Positions 37,556 to 48,465 of a DNA stretch of 64,000 bases are shown piece by piece. The notes beneath the pieces were generated by a model. It did not search any database, was not told the origin of the DNA, and was given only the letters and a program-made list of their open reading frames with translations. Every line of letters starts with the position of its first letter. The stretch's first letter is position 1. The DNA is from Candidatus Caldarchaeum sp. (GTDB lineage: Archaea > Thermoproteota > Nitrososphaeria_A > Caldarchaeales > Caldarchaeaceae). The stretch is from NCBI GenBank assembly GCA_038844785.1, contig JAWBRA010000002.1, forward strand, positions 1-64,000. The letters run 5' to 3'. The translations under genes were made by a program, and so were the position numbers.

Positions 37556-38728
37556 ATGCCGGTCTTCAAGAATGAGGAGAAGCTCTCCCCCGAATACGTT
37601 CCCGAAAAGCTTCTCTACAGGGAGGAAGAGCTTAAACTTCTCAACTCTTTCTTCTCCTCACTTCTAACCGATGAGAGGCCTTTCCAGGTGAGAGTTTTCA
37701 TATCGGGCGCGGTTGGCACTGGGAAGACAAGCCTTGCAAAGCTCTTCGGCCAACGTATAGAGCGTGAAGCTAGGAGGATTGGGAAAAAAATCAGGTACAT
37801 CCACGTCAACTGCAGGATAAACAAATCTCTCTACACCGTTTTAAGGAAAGTTGTTGAACAACTCGGCGTCAACCTTCCTAGAAGAGGCTACTCCGACGAG
37901 GAAATCCTCGAAATACTGGTGAGGTTCCTGCGGCTAAACAACGTTAGGCTGATCCTGTGCTTAGACGAGGTCGAAGCCCTCATCTCTGAAGAAGGCGGAG
38001 GACCGATATACTTGCTGACTAGAAGCGGCGAAGACATAGAGGATGGTAGCTTGATCTCGGCTATACTCATCTTTAGGGAGCCTGATTTTCTAGAAAGGCT
38101 GGATGCGCAGACATTAAGCGGGCTTGGGGGAAACAACATACATCTAAACGAATATGACTACACCCAGTTGTTTGAAATCCTTCGATACAGGGCTTCCGAA
38201 GCCTTTTACAAAAACGCAATATCTGATGAGGTGCTCGAGTTTCTTGCAGAGGCTGCGGCCGAGCGGAAAGACGCACGCTACGCCATAGACCTTCTTTGGA
38301 GGTCTGGAAAGTATGCGGAAGCAGAGGGGAGCGAAACTGTGACAGCGGAGCATGTCAGGAAGGCATTGGCTAGCGTGTACCCAACCATCAGAAGGGAAAA
38401 CCTCTCATACCTGAAGCGTGACGAGAAGCTTGTTTTGCTTGCTTCCGCTAGGAGTCTTGCGGGAAACAAGACAGCTGTAACCGCTGCCGAGCTCTTCCAA
38501 CACTACAAAGTCGTCTGCGAGGAGATGGGGGACGAGGCGAAGGGCTACACGACTTTCTGGGAGACCCTTCAGCAGCTGCAGGACCTGGGGTTTTTGAGGC
38601 TGATTATTAGGAGTGAGGGGGCTAGGGGTAGGAAGACGTACGTATACCTACCCGGCATACCTGTCCAGCTGCTTGAAAGGGAGCTGGTCAAAGACCTTAG
38701 CCGCGAGTTTTCCCACGAGGTTTTCTAG
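37556..38728 (+). CDS. cdc6: Orc1/Cdc6 replication initiator
   Basis: LSPEYVPEKLLYREE, GAVGTGKT, HVNC, LDEVE, DARYAIDLL, C-terminal wHTH GRK. Confidence 0.95.
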   Translation: MPVFKNEEKLSPEYVPEKLLYREEELKLLNSFFSSLLTDERPFQVRVFISGAVGTGKTSLAKLFGQRIEREARRIGKKIRYIHVNCRINKSLYTVLRKVVEQLGVNLPRRGYSDEEILEILVRFLRLNNVRLILCLDEVEALISEEGGGPIYLLTRSGEDIEDGSLISAILIFREPDFLERLDAQTLSGLGGNNIHLNEYDYTQLFEILRYRASEAFYKNAISDEVLEFLAEAAAERKDARYAIDLLWRSGKYAEAEGSETVTAEHVRKALASVYPTIRRENLSYLKRDEKLVLLASARSLAGNKTAVTAAELFQHYKVVCEEMGDEAKGYTTFWETLQQLQDLGFLRLIIRSEGARGRKTYVYLPGIPVQLLERELVKDLSREFSHEVF

Positions 38729-39926
38729 CCTCAGACCCTCGGAGATATTCGAGCTCTTTCTTGGTGAAGCCGAAGAAATCGGCCATTTCCATTCCGTCGG
38801 AGCTCAACATTATTTTTACGAAGGGAAGAGCCTCTGTCCTCGCCTTCCTGCTGGACATGTGGAGTGCTTTCCCCAGCTTCTGGCAGATGCTCTCAACGAG
38901 CTCTCTTTCACCCCGTGTCTGGCTTAGATATCTTATTCTGCTCGGGTAGCTGAATTTCACAAACTTGGCAGGCGTCTGCTTCCTAGCCAGCGCAACACCC
39001 GCAGTCATGAAAGGCACAGCATACCTCAGCAGATGCCAAGCCTGTTTAGAGCTGACCCTCTGCAGAAACAAGTCAGCCTTTGAAAGGTTTTCCAAAGCTA
39101 TTGCTAGGTCATGCGGCGAAAGCTGTTCCGGAGCATTGTCTAAAACCCATGTGAAAAACTCCGCGGGGTCTAAGTCAAGGTTGTTCAAAGCGTAAACAGC
39201 GTTGTTGAAGCTTTTCGCGTGGAATACAGTAGCCAACGCATTAAACACTTCGTTCTTTCTGTCCCTGCTTCCGACCTCAAGCCCCGTGTCTGAAGCAGAG
39301 GCGTAAATTTGAAGATCGTTTATGGCCGACCTGAGGTCTCCTCCAGAGTTTTCAGCTATTTCCTTGATTTTTTCCTCTGGGATTTTCAGCCCTTCCGCCA
39401 TTGCTATCTTCTTTATGTGCGCTGCTACCGTGGGTTTTGGGATTCTTCTAAACTGTATCATCTGGCATATCTCTCTGAGGGGTGCGAGCTTAGGGTCCCA
39501 GGGGTCGTTGGCGACCATGACTATAGGTACATGGCTTTCCGCGACTATCTGGACGAGGGTCTGCACAGCCCCAGCGTCAGCGCGGGCCTCTATGCCGTCA
39601 ACCTCGTCTATGAGGATGATCTTACCCTTAGCCGCTGTTACCGAGGCCTGGGATGAGGCTGCGCCCACGATCCGTACAACGTTTTCACGTGTTCTGAAAT
39701 CGCTCGCGTTCATCTCGATTACTTCCCAGCCGTGCTCTTTTGCGTAGGCGTGTACAAGCGAGGTTTTGCCTACCCCCGCTGGACCATACAATAGTGCTGC
39801 CTTTTTCGACTGCCTGCGTTTAAGCCAGCCCTCAACCCATCCCAAGAACTCGGCTACAGCCTCTTTATTACCCGCTATTTCCGACACTTTCGAGGGCCTG
39901 TATTTCTCGGTCCAGAGTAGGGTCAC
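38697..39926 (-). CDS. rfcL: Replication factor C large subunit
   Basis: WTEKYRP, GPAGVGKT, EMNASD, IDEVDG, GDLRSAINDL. Confidence 0.95.
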   Translation of the reverse strand: MTLLWTEKYRPSKVSEIAGNKEAVAEFLGWVEGWLKRRQSKKAALLYGPAGVGKTSLVHAYAKEHGWEVIEMNASDFRTRENVVRIVGAASSQASVTAAKGKIILIDEVDGIEARADAGAVQTLVQIVAESHVPIVMVANDPWDPKLAPLREICQMIQFRRIPKPTVAAHIKKIAMAEGLKIPEEKIKEIAENSGGDLRSAINDLQIYASASDTGLEVGSRDRKNEVFNALATVFHAKSFNNAVYALNNLDLDPAEFFTWVLDNAPEQLSPHDLAIALENLSKADLFLQRVSSKQAWHLLRYAVPFMTAGVALARKQTPAKFVKFSYPSRIRYLSQTRGERELVESICQKLGKALHMSSRKARTEALPFVKIMLSSDGMEMADFFGFTKKELEYLRGSEARKPRGKTRG

Positions 39927-40903
39927 CCGCCAGCCCTCTTCAGTAAACTGAGCTTTGCTAAGAAGGCTTGGAGCTGTACCTCAGGCGTGCCTCCCTGCGA
40001 TATTCGGTAGTCCGTCTCACCTAAAGCGTCAACAAGTTTTATCTTGTCATCTTCTGACACGTTCAGAGACGTTATTTCCCTCGACATGGAGAAGGTTATG
40101 TCTTGAGCTTGATGGCCTTGCATGTAAATTAAATCGCGTAAAAGGTCTCGAGCCTCTTTAAACTTCCCGTCGAGAGCTAGTTCAAGCATCCTCCTTACTT
40201 CACCCCTGCTCACAAGCCCCATAACTTTGTACACAGTTTTTTCATCAACTCTAGGGGATAGAGAAGCTGCAGACTGCAGTATGTTTATGGCCTTGCGCAT
40301 GTCTCCCAGCGAAAACTCATAGATCGCCTGAACAGCCGAATCTTCAAGCGTTATCTTTTCGGCCTCAGCAATACGTCTCAGCATCCTCTCAACCATATTC
40401 ATGCTAAGCGGCTTGAACCTCAGGACAGCACATCTTGATTGGATGGGTTCGATTATTCTGTTGCTGTAGTTTGCCGCCAGTATGAACCTGCATGTTGCTG
40501 AAAACTGCTCCATAGTCCTCCTGAAAGCATGCTGCGCGGCATCGGTAAGCTGGTCGCTTTCGTCTAGCAGTAAAATCCGAAAACCTATCCCACCAAACGG
40601 GACCGTCCTAGCATACGTTTTAACTCTCTCCCTTATAGTTTCGATCCCTCTTTCGTCTGAGGCGTTGATTTCGACGAAGAGGCCGTCCTCGAGATATCTT
40701 GGCCCGAAAAGCTCTTGGGCGAAAGCATGAGCGGTGGCTGTCTTGCCTGTTCCCGGCGGGCCTGCGAAAAGCATGTGAGGAACGTTTTTTGTCGCGACAA
40801 CGTTTTTCAACGTGGAAACAACCTCCTCCTGGTTCACTACGTCGTCAAGCCTTCTCGGCCTGTATTTTTCAACCCATGGCAGATGAAGGTCTGTCGATGC
40901 CAA
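39923..40903 (-). CDS. rfcS: Replication factor C small subunit
   Basis: WVEKYRP, GPPGTGKT, NASDERG, IIEPIQSRC, GDMRKAIN. Confidence 0.97.
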   Translation of the reverse strand: MASTDLHLPWVEKYRPRRLDDVVNQEEVVSTLKNVVATKNVPHMLFAGPPGTGKTATAHAFAQELFGPRYLEDGLFVEINASDERGIETIRERVKTYARTVPFGGIGFRILLLDESDQLTDAAQHAFRRTMEQFSATCRFILAANYSNRIIEPIQSRCAVLRFKPLSMNMVERMLRRIAEAEKITLEDSAVQAIYEFSLGDMRKAINILQSAASLSPRVDEKTVYKVMGLVSRGEVRRMLELALDGKFKEARDLLRDLIYMQGHQAQDITFSMSREITSLNVSEDDKIKLVDALGETDYRISQGGTPEVQLQAFLAKLSLLKRAGG

Positions 40904-40926
40904 GCGTCATCCACCTAAGCCTTTGC

Positions 40927-41676
40927 TCAAAGCTTAAATATGTTTTTAGCGTTTTCCGACGTAACCTCAACCACCTTGTCTAACGGTATGTTTTTTAGAC
41001 GTGATATAGCTTCAGCCGAGATTATGATGTTTGCGGGAGTGTTTACAACGCCTCTCTCAGGGCCCAGAACGGGTGCATCGCTTTCCAGCATAAGGTTTTC
41101 AAGCCCCAGCCTTTTTACCATCTTTTGCTTCTGCTCAGACCTGACGACCGAGGGCGGGACTGAGAAGAAGAAACCTTTTGAAGCTCCTCTGAAGGCCTCG
41201 CTTGCCGCACCGTCGAAGGCATGCATAACCACTTTTTCAGCACCAGCCTCTATCAAAACATCTAACGCATACTTTCCCGCGCTGCGTGAATGGATGACTA
41301 GGGGGAGACCTGTTTCTTTAGCGAGGCTGATGAATTCTTTAAACACTCTCAGCTGGTTTTCACGCGTTTCCCGTTTACCCCAGTAGTAGTCAAGGCCGAC
41401 CTCGCCGACGGCCACTATCTTATCCTTGTTTCTCTCGATGAGCTCGATGACTTTTTCATAGTCGTTTAGGTCGTAGGGCTCGACTCCCAGTGAGGCGTGG
41501 ACGAAGCTGTTGTCGGCTATCGAAAGGGCTTTTAAACAGTCGGCGTAGCCTATCCCCGAGGTTATCACGGCAACGACCCCAGCCTGTTTAGCCTCCTCCA
41601 ATATTTTTCCAAGGTTTGTGTAAAGCGGTTCCTCAGTCAGGTGGCAGTGGATGTCTATCACAAAAGCATCATTCAA
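40927..41676 (-). CDS. tatD: TatD-family deoxyribonuclease
   Basis: IDIHCHL, GEVGLD, IHSR, MHAF, ESDAP; start trimmed to TTG at 41676. Confidence 0.9.
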   Translation of the reverse strand: MNDAFVIDIHCHLTEEPLYTNLGKILEEAKQAGVVAVITSGIGYADCLKALSIADNSFVHASLGVEPYDLNDYEKVIELIERNKDKIVAVGEVGLDYYWGKRETRENQLRVFKEFISLAKETGLPLVIHSRSAGKYALDVLIEAGAEKVVMHAFDGAASEAFRGASKGFFFSVPPSVVRSEQKQKMVKRLGLENLMLESDAPVLGPERGVVNTPANIIISAEAISRLKNIPLDKVVEVTSENAKNIFKL

Positions 41677-41932
41677 ACGTTGCGATTTAAAGATGTGAAA
41701 AGCCGCCAGCGGCATAGAATCATGCAACATTTATTTACTTTGAGCTCGTCTCCGGTCTACATAATCCTTCACCAGATAATGGCATAACCTTTCACCCAAC
41801 ACCCAAACCTGCCCGGATACGGAAAAGCATTCCAGCCGATCATCCCAGAGGAAAAGAAACCATAGCCAGCGTAACAGCAAGCTCAAATATCCACCAGCAC
41901 GTGTTCTTCTGGATGCTTTTGGGCTGAAGCAT

Positions 41933-42232
41933 ATGCTAACATGTGTTTGTGGTAATGAGATAAGGGATGTAGACGACCTTGAGTTCAGCCACGTGGCTGA
42001 TGGTGTTGTCAAAGCAAGGTGTAAAAACAGGTTTTGCAAACTTGAAGAAGTTCTTGAGATGTTTGTATCGGATAAAAAGGCTGAAGTAAGGTTTTCTGCC
42101 ATGTTCAGCGACTACAACCTTCTTACCATGGGAAGCGATGTGCTGGAGAAACGTCTTAAAGATTTTGGTAACAGAATTGTGGAAAGGGTTGCTGGCGGAA
42201 AAGGTTTAAAGACACGTGTTAGCTATAGATGA
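41933..42232 (+). CDS. Hypothetical Cys-containing (possible zinc-binding) protein
   Basis: CVCG and CKNRFC; ends 3 nt before the next gene. Confidence 0.6.
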   Translation: MLTCVCGNEIRDVDDLEFSHVADGVVKARCKNRFCKLEEVLEMFVSDKKAEVRFSAMFSDYNLLTMGSDVLEKRLKDFGNRIVERVAGGKGLKTRVSYR

Positions 42233-42235
42233 TTC

Positions 42236-42892
42236 ATGACCTACACCTACAAAGGGGTGGAGATAACTTGGCTTGGTCACGACAGCTTTGTCATCAAGAA
42301 AGACAAAACCATCTACATAGACCCTTACAAAATAAGGGCGGGTCCTCTTGCCGACATAGTTTTGATAACTCATGATCACTTTGACCATCTCAGCCTCGAC
42401 GACCTCAGGAAAATCGTCACCGAAAAGACGACAATTGTCGCGGCTAAGAACTGTGAGCAGGAGTTGAGAAAGCTTGGCAAAGGCATCGTCAAATATATGG
42501 CTGCGGGTGACAGCCTAACGCTAGACAACGTTTCAATAAAGGCTGTACCAGCCTACAACGTTAACAAGTTTAGGGAGCCTGGGAAGGTTTTTCATCCAAA
42601 GGAATACGGCGGCGTCGGCTACGTCATAACAGTGGACAAGGTTTCCATCTACCATGCCGGAGACACAGACTTCATTCCAGAGATGAGAGAGCTAAAGGTT
42701 GATGTGGCTTTGCTGCCTGTCAGCGGAACCTACGTAATGACGGCGGCCGAGGCTGTGGAAGCTGCTAGCGCGATAAAACCAGCTGTCGTCATACCGATGC
42801 ATTATGGAGCCATCGTAGGCTCGGAGAAAGACGCCGAGGAGTTCAAAAGGCTTTACAAAGGTGAGACGGTAATACTCAAGAAACAGGGTTAA
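42236..42892 (+). CDS. MBL-fold metallo-hydrolase (UPF0173-like)
   Basis: WLGHDSF, IDPY, THDHFDH, YHAGDT, IPMHYG. Confidence 0.9.
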   Translation: MTYTYKGVEITWLGHDSFVIKKDKTIYIDPYKIRAGPLADIVLITHDHFDHLSLDDLRKIVTEKTTIVAAKNCEQELRKLGKGIVKYMAAGDSLTLDNVSIKAVPAYNVNKFREPGKVFHPKEYGGVGYVITVDKVSIYHAGDTDFIPEMRELKVDVALLPVSGTYVMTAAEAVEAASAIKPAVVIPMHYGAIVGSEKDAEEFKRLYKGETVILKKQG

Positions 42893-42894
42893 AG

Positions 42895-43344
42895 ATGACA
42901 GAATGCAGGGAAGGCCACGACCACATCTACTATGGAGCATTAAACATCTACAAAAAAAGAGAGCTTCTCAAAGTTGTAGATGTCTGGCGGTGCAGACGAT
43001 GCGGCAACATCAGGGTGGGTGTTAGAGGACCTGAGGTCCTAACCTCGACTGAGGGGATGATGCCTGAAACAGCTGCCGGCAAACACTGGATTTTACTGGT
43101 CTGTAAAGCCGGCGAGGAACCAGCCTACGAGATGTTTCAAGTATCTGACTCACAGTACCTAGACCACAGATGTCCCAGCCTCCCCGCTGGCGAACGGCTA
43201 TACTACGTCCGAGGAGCTGGGGTATTCTATGGATTGGACGGACCCCCCGCAGGCATGCATTACGTGTATGAGCTGGAAAAAACAGTTAGAGGGTATATTG
43301 ATTTGGCGAAGACTCCCCCCGAGGTTGTTACGTTAATCAGGTGA
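42895..43344 (+). CDS. Hypothetical protein with CxxC motif
   Basis: CREGHDH, WRCRRCG; 2 nt after the MBL gene. Confidence 0.6.
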   Translation: MTECREGHDHIYYGALNIYKKRELLKVVDVWRCRRCGNIRVGVRGPEVLTSTEGMMPETAAGKHWILLVCKAGEEPAYEMFQVSDSQYLDHRCPSLPAGERLYYVRGAGVFYGLDGPPAGMHYVYELEKTVRGYIDLAKTPPEVVTLIR

Positions 43345-43761
43345 AAAGCCTTCGGGGATTTTTGAGAGATGCTCGTGAACTATCTTCCAGCCCTGCTTAG
43401 TTTTCCGCAGTAAGACGCTGCATCGCACCGTTGCGTCTATCATCCGGCCCTCGAAGGCATAGTCGTTTACAGCCATCCCCCTATACCTCATCAGGAAGAC
43501 AGCTAAAGCAGTGTCTTCCATCAGCTCTACCGTTGGCTGCATCATTTCGTACTCGAAGTCAACCAGCTCAGTCAACAGACTTGCTTTAAGCTTCAACGCC
43601 TCATCCCGCTCTTGAAGCCTGAAAGGTGGAAGGTCGCTGTACCTGGTATAATTCTCTGCATGAAGCTCGTTGAACGCTTCGAACATCCCGTTCTTGCCTA
43701 GCTCAAAGCATTTCCTAATAGTTTCAAGAATCTCATCGGATGGATTCAAGGCTGATCTCAC
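43333..43761 (-). CDS. NTF2/SnoaL-like (DUF4440-type) protein
   Basis: C-terminal GWKIVHEHLS. Confidence 0.8.
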   Translation of the reverse strand: MRSALNPSDEILETIRKCFELGKNGMFEAFNELHAENYTRYSDLPPFRLQERDEALKLKASLLTELVDFEYEMMQPTVELMEDTALAVFLMRYRGMAVNDYAFEGRMIDATVRCSVLLRKTKQGWKIVHEHLSKIPEGFSPD

Positions 43762-44011
43762 CGTTCAAGATTTTTTGCGTGAGCTCAAGCTCCAGGCTGT
43801 TTATTTCTTCGTATGTAACGCCTTTTCCCAAGAGGGTCTTCAAATCTTCTTCTTCGACCGATGCCTTGACGTTTGGTCCGCCGACGCTTTGGTAAACCAC
43901 TCCCTCAAACCTTACGTCCATCCCTTTCCAGCGAATTTTTCCACGAAAAACCTTAAACGGATAATCACCCATAACGTCTGTTATGCTCACTTCTTCAATC
44001 AACAACCACAC
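43733..44011 (-). CDS. Hypothetical protein
   Basis: Overlaps both neighbours in an operon; normal composition. Confidence 0.6.
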   Translation of the reverse strand: MWLLIEEVSITDVMGDYPFKVFRGKIRWKGMDVRFEGVVYQSVGGPNVKASVEEEDLKTLLGKGVTYEEINSLELELTQKILNGEISLESIR

Positions 44012-44408
44012 CCTTTACGGAGTGCAGAAAACCTTCCACAAGCTTTCTCCGCATGTTCTCACGCGGCATACGTTTAAGCCATTCAGAGAGGTGGCTTACC
44101 AGCTTTTTGATAAACAGGTCAACGTCGCGGACGTTTTTCAACGCCGCCGCAGGAAGTGATTCAAAAGGTATTTCAGCAACCGATGTCTGCATGAAAGGCC
44201 CGAACTCGTCTCTGGAAACTTTAACAGCGATGAGCCTGCCGCCTTCAAGCATGTAGGTTACTCCGGCTATGCTTGCAATCTCCAGCCCCCATTCAATGCC
44301 TGGCGGCGAGAACGGGAGAAGGGATTCCAGAAGTTTGAGCAGGTTTTCGTCCGACGGCTCCCGCCTGGCCTCCAAGTAAACACTGCGAAAACGTTCCACA
44401 TAATCCAT
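43995..44408 (-). CDS. Hypothetical protein
   Basis: ATG start; first gene of a three-gene minus-strand operon. Confidence 0.65.
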   Translation of the reverse strand: MDYVERFRSVYLEARREPSDENLLKLLESLLPFSPPGIEWGLEIASIAGVTYMLEGGRLIAVKVSRDEFGPFMQTSVAEIPFESLPAAALKNVRDVDLFIKKLVSHLSEWLKRMPRENMRRKLVEGFLHSVKGVVVD

Positions 44409-44550
44409 GGTAGATCAGCAGAGGACGTGTCTAAAGACTTTATCCGAAGACCTCTCTGGATGAGGTTTTCCACCGAAAACTAGGCTAGGTATTCAGAACA
44501 GCCGGCAGCCACGTTTCTGTAACAGTTTTTTAGCAGCTGGGTTAGGCTTA

Positions 44551-45018
44551 ATGGCGTTGAAGGATGTTGAAAGCTTTGTCAGGAAGTTTTTCCCAGCAGA
44601 CTTTTCCGACAGGGAAAGGGCTGTTTTCGAGGCGGGCATAGCGCTGGGCGCGATAGTCCATTCGGTTACAGGTTTCCCCATAGCTGCTGACGTCAAAGGT
44701 TTCATAGAGAAAGCTGTTGAAAAGAGCTTCATGCTCCAGCCCTACAGAAACAGGATAAAGCTGAGGGTGACGGGCTTTTCTAGGAAGGGCGGGCTTTACA
44801 GCTACGGAACTTTAACGCCTGAAAACCTGAACGTATTGGTGGAGGTGTGCTATGGGAAGGCGGTGGTTGAGGCGAGGATGCGTTACGTCAAAAAGCTACG
44901 TTACCCGCTGATGTATGTTTCGAAGGCTATTCAGAGAAGAGACGTCGTCTCTCCTCGTCCATGTAGGCAGACTCGTAGGGCAGTAGCTCGCCGTAAACCC
45001 TCAAATGCTCTGGGCTGA
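44551..45018 (+). CDS. mptD: Archaeal dihydroneopterin aldolase
   Basis: [29 protein letters not shown]. Confidence 0.85.
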   Translation: MALKDVESFVRKFFPADFSDRERAVFEAGIALGAIVHSVTGFPIAADVKGFIEKAVEKSFMLQPYRNRIKLRVTGFSRKGGLYSYGTLTPENLNVLVEVCYGKAVVEARMRYVKKLRYPLMYVSKAIQRRDVVSPRPCRQTRRAVARRKPSNALG

Positions 45019-46039
45019 TATGTTCTGGAAGCACAAGCTTTAGCCGTACCTCAAGGTCTCCGCGTTTCCCGTTCCTCAACGGCAGCCCTCTACCCCTGAA
45101 GACAACCGGTGTGTCAAGGCTCTCCCTACTCAGCTTAACCCTCAATACACCGTCAAACGATTTAACAGATATCTCCCTTCCAGCAACCACTTCACTCGGA
45201 GACACTGGAAGAAACATCACAAGCCTGTCGCCGTTGAGGATGAACTGTCGGCCAGGTCTGAGCTTAAGACGGATTATCAAATCGCCCCTTCTCCCCGATT
45301 CACGGTCAAACAAACCCTTACCCCTCAAAACGATTGTGTCGCCGTCGGCAGAGCCTGGCGGGATGTCGACCACCAGTCTTTCAGTCTTCTCGACGAAGCC
45401 TCTCCCCCTGCAGACGGTGCACGCCTTCCTCACTATTGTTCCGGAGCCGCTGCAACGGCTGCATGTGGTTACAGAGGTGAAGTACATGAAACCTGTTTGG
45501 ACACGTTCGACTTTCTGGCCTGTGCCGTTGCAGGCGGAGCATCTTTCCACGTATCCTGGCTCGCCGCCTGAGCCGTTGCATCTATGGCATGTTTCCGTGG
45601 TTGTGATTGGCACCTCTTTCTTAGAGCCTTTGAAAACATCGTACAACGAGACCTCTGCCTCTACGTAGGTAGGGGCTGGTTGCCTAGGCCTTTTGCGGAA
45701 GCCGAAAAACCTTTCGAAGATAGTTTCAAAATCGCCCAGCCCAAGGTCTTTGAACAACTCGTCGAAGTCAAACCAAGTGGAGCGGAACAGGTCTTCGGTG
45801 CTGTATGTCTTGGACACGCCCGCTCTTCCATACATATCGTAAAGCCTTCGCTTCTCATCGTCGATGAGCACAGCGTATGCCTCGCTTATCTCCTTAAACT
45901 TCTCCTCAGCGTCCGGCGACTTGTTGCGGTCGGGATGGTATTGGAGAGCTAGCCTTCTGTACGCTCTCTTAATCTCCTCCTTGCTAGCGTTGCGGGGGAC
46001 GCCGAGTATTTCGTAGTAGTCTTTTCCATTATCTGCCAT
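44927..46039 (-). CDS. dnaJ: Chaperone DnaJ
   Basis: J domain HPD; four CxxCxGxG repeats. Confidence 0.95.
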   Translation of the reverse strand: MADNGKDYYEILGVPRNASKEEIKRAYRRLALQYHPDRNKSPDAEEKFKEISEAYAVLIDDEKRRLYDMYGRAGVSKTYSTEDLFRSTWFDFDELFKDLGLGDFETIFERFFGFRKRPRQPAPTYVEAEVSLYDVFKGSKKEVPITTTETCHRCNGSGGEPGYVERCSACNGTGQKVERVQTGFMYFTSVTTCSRCSGSGTIVRKACTVCRGRGFVEKTERLVVDIPPGSADGDTIVLRGKGLFDRESGRRGDLIIRLKLRPGRQFILNGDRLVMFLPVSPSEVVAGREISVKSFDGVLRVKLSRESLDTPVVFRGRGLPLRNGKRGDLEVRLKLVLPEHISPEHLRVYGELLPYESAYMDEERRRLFSE

Positions 46040-46041
46040 GG

Positions 46042-47829
46042 CTAGCTCTTAGGCTCCTTTCCGGAGCCGACGGCTCCCTGCCCGTAAACGGCCCCACCTA
46101 TCTTCTGGGCTGACTTCCTAAGTTTTTCGAGAGCGTCTTTAATTGCCTGTATATCTTTTCCAGAGAGTGCGTCTCTCAGCTTTTTCACATCCTCCTCCAC
46201 TTCCTTCTTGGTGTCGGCGGGAACCTTGTCGCCCAGCTCGTTCAACGCCTTCTCAACCGTGTATATCATGGCGTCTGCCTCGTTCCGCAGCTCCGCCTCC
46301 TGCTTCTTCCTTCTATCCTGCTCCGCATACTGCTCAGCCTCCCTAATCATCCTCTCAACCTCCTCTTTCGACAGCCTATGTGGAGCTGTTATTTTCACGC
46401 TCACATCCTTACCCGTTCCAAGGTCTTTAGCCGTAACTGTCAAGATGCCGTCTGCGTTTATGTCGAAGGTGACCTCTATCTTCGGCACACCTCTTGGAGC
46501 TGGCGGTATGCCTGACAGCGTGAACCTGCCGAGTGAGACGTTGTCAGCAGCCATCGGCCTCTCTCCCTGCAGAACATGTATCTCGACGCTCGTCTGGAAA
46601 TCAGCGGCTGTCGTGAAGATCTCGCTCCGCCTCACAGGTATCGTAGTGTTCCTGTCGATTATTTTTGTGAATATGCCTCCCAGCGTTTCGACGCCGAGTG
46701 AGATGGGAACCACGTCGAGGAGCACGATGTCCTTGTCTTTCAGCTCGCCGGAGAGTATTGCAGCTTGTATTGCCGCTCCCATCGCAACACACTCCATAGG
46801 GTCAACGCCCCGCTCAGGCTCCTTTCCCAAAACCTCTTTTATGAAAGCTTGGACTATGGGCATCCTAGTCGGCCCGCCAACCAGTATTATCTTGTCTATG
46901 TCCTCGGGCCGTAGCTTCGCGTCCTGGAGAGCCTGCATGATGGGGCCTCGGCATCTCTCCACAATAGGTCTGACGAGCTGCTCCAAGGTTGCCCTGGTTA
47001 TGCGCATGTAAAGGTTTTTAGGCCCTGAAGAGTCGTAGGCTATGTACGGAAGGTTTATCTCAGTCTCAGTCATCGACGACAGCTCTATCTTAGCTCTCTC
47101 AGCAGCTTCCCTTACCCGGTTCATGGCGGAAGCATCCTTCCGCAGGTCTATCCCAGTTTCCTTCCTGTAGCTGTCAACGATGTAGTCAATCAAGGCCCTG
47201 TCCATGTCAGTTCCACCCAGCTGCGTATCTCCGGAAGTTGCTTTAACCTCAAAAACGCCTTGGCCGAACTCCATGATAGTTACGTCTAACGTTCCGCCCC
47301 CTAAGTCGAAAACAAGTATCTTCATCTCCTGGTCTAGCTTGTTCAAGCCGTAGGCTAGGGCGGCTGCGGTGGGCTCGTTTATTATTCTCACGACCTCAAG
47401 GCCGGCTATAACCCCAGCGTCTTTCGTTGCCTGTCTCTGGTTATCGTTGAAGTAGGCGGGCACCGTTATCACAGCTTTCTTTACAGGCTCGCCCAGAAAC
47501 GCCTCGGCATCCCTCTTGATTTTCTGAAGCAGGAAAGCGGAGAGCTGCTGCGGGGTTAACTCTTTTCCATGTAAAACGTATTTGTAGTCGGTCCCCATTT
47601 TCCTCTTCCAAGCTGTTACTGTTCCATCAGGGTTTAGGACGGCCTGCCTCCTCGCCGGCTCGCCCACTATTAGTTCGCCTTCCTTCGTTATGGCTACGTA
47701 TGAGGGGAAGGCTTTTCCGTAGAGCGTGACCCCTTCAATCGACGGAATTATTGTAGGTCTACCTCCTATTACCACGGCTGCAGCCGAGTTGCTGGTCCCA
47801 AGGTCTATACCGATTATCTTTTCAGCCAT
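46042..47829 (-). CDS. dnaK: Chaperone DnaK (Hsp70)
   Basis: [37 protein letters not shown]. Confidence 0.97.
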   Translation of the reverse strand: MAEKIIGIDLGTSNSAAAVVIGGRPTIIPSIEGVTLYGKAFPSYVAITKEGELIVGEPARRQAVLNPDGTVTAWKRKMGTDYKYVLHGKELTPQQLSAFLLQKIKRDAEAFLGEPVKKAVITVPAYFNDNQRQATKDAGVIAGLEVVRIINEPTAAALAYGLNKLDQEMKILVFDLGGGTLDVTIMEFGQGVFEVKATSGDTQLGGTDMDRALIDYIVDSYRKETGIDLRKDASAMNRVREAAERAKIELSSMTETEINLPYIAYDSSGPKNLYMRITRATLEQLVRPIVERCRGPIMQALQDAKLRPEDIDKIILVGGPTRMPIVQAFIKEVLGKEPERGVDPMECVAMGAAIQAAILSGELKDKDIVLLDVVPISLGVETLGGIFTKIIDRNTTIPVRRSEIFTTAADFQTSVEIHVLQGERPMAADNVSLGRFTLSGIPPAPRGVPKIEVTFDINADGILTVTAKDLGTGKDVSVKITAPHRLSKEEVERMIREAEQYAEQDRRKKQEAELRNEADAMIYTVEKALNELGDKVPADTKKEVEEDVKKLRDALSGKDIQAIKDALEKLRKSAQKIGGAVYGQGAVGSGKEPKS

Positions 47830-47917
47830 GTTTTATTCACCCGCTTGATAGGTCCTAACCCATCGTCTTCAGAACTCGAATTAAAATCTAGCGCCTGCTA
47901 AACAGCCGCTTAAAGCC

Positions 47918-48397
47918 CTACACTGTTTCGTGTTTCCTAGGCCTTGCAACCCGTACCTTCGGCGGTTTTAGAACCTTGTCCCGCAGCCGGTAGCCAGGCG
48001 AAACAACGTCCGCCACAGTATCTACAGCAACATCATCACTCTCGAAAAATTCTACGGCCTCGTGGTCGAAAGGGTTGAACTCCTTCCCGACGACATCCAT
48101 TCTCTCAACCCCCTCTGACTGCAGAATCTTCTCCAGCTCTTTTAAAAGCATGGTTAAAGCTTCGTACAGTGTTTCAGAGATATCCTCTTGCTTTAAGCCG
48201 TTGACCACCCTTCCGAAATCCTCGTAGAACGTTAAAAATTTCCTGACCAATCTTTCAACAGCAGCTGTCTCAGCTCTTTTCGTCTCATGCTCCATCAACC
48301 GCCTCAAGTTCATCAACTCGGCCCTAGCATACATCAAACTGTCCATCAACTCCTTCTTTTCAGCCTCCAAAGCCTTGATTATATCTTCCCCAGACAT
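47918..48397 (-). CDS. grpE: Nucleotide exchange factor GrpE
   Basis: RAELMNLRR, FNPFDHEAV, GYRLRDKVLKPPKVRV. Confidence 0.9.
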   Translation of the reverse strand: MSGEDIIKALEAEKKELMDSLMYARAELMNLRRLMEHETKRAETAAVERLVRKFLTFYEDFGRVVNGLKQEDISETLYEALTMLLKELEKILQSEGVERMDVVGKEFNPFDHEAVEFFESDDVAVDTVADVVSPGYRLRDKVLKPPKVRVARPRKHETV

Positions 48398-48423
48398 CCT
48401 GAACAAAGGAAATTTCCGGCCTC

Positions 48424-48465
48424 TATTATATTATAACACAAATTTTCCTGTAAAGGGTTTGTGTT
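48424..48465 (-). promoter_or_regulatory. grpE-dnaK-dnaJ promoter with adjacent inverted repeat
   Basis: TTATAATATAATA about 27-39 nt upstream of the grpE ATG; AACACAAA-N15-TTTGTGTT at 48435-48465. Confidence 0.5.

Noticed and set aside
41731-42102. 123-aa minus-strand ORF upstream of tatD
   Set aside because: It overlaps a better-supported plus-strand gene and has no motifs; a shorter version cannot be supported from sequence alone.
46208-47011. 267-aa plus-strand ORF
   Set aside because: Antisense shadow of dnaK; most other short overlapping ORFs in the track were rejected for the same reason.
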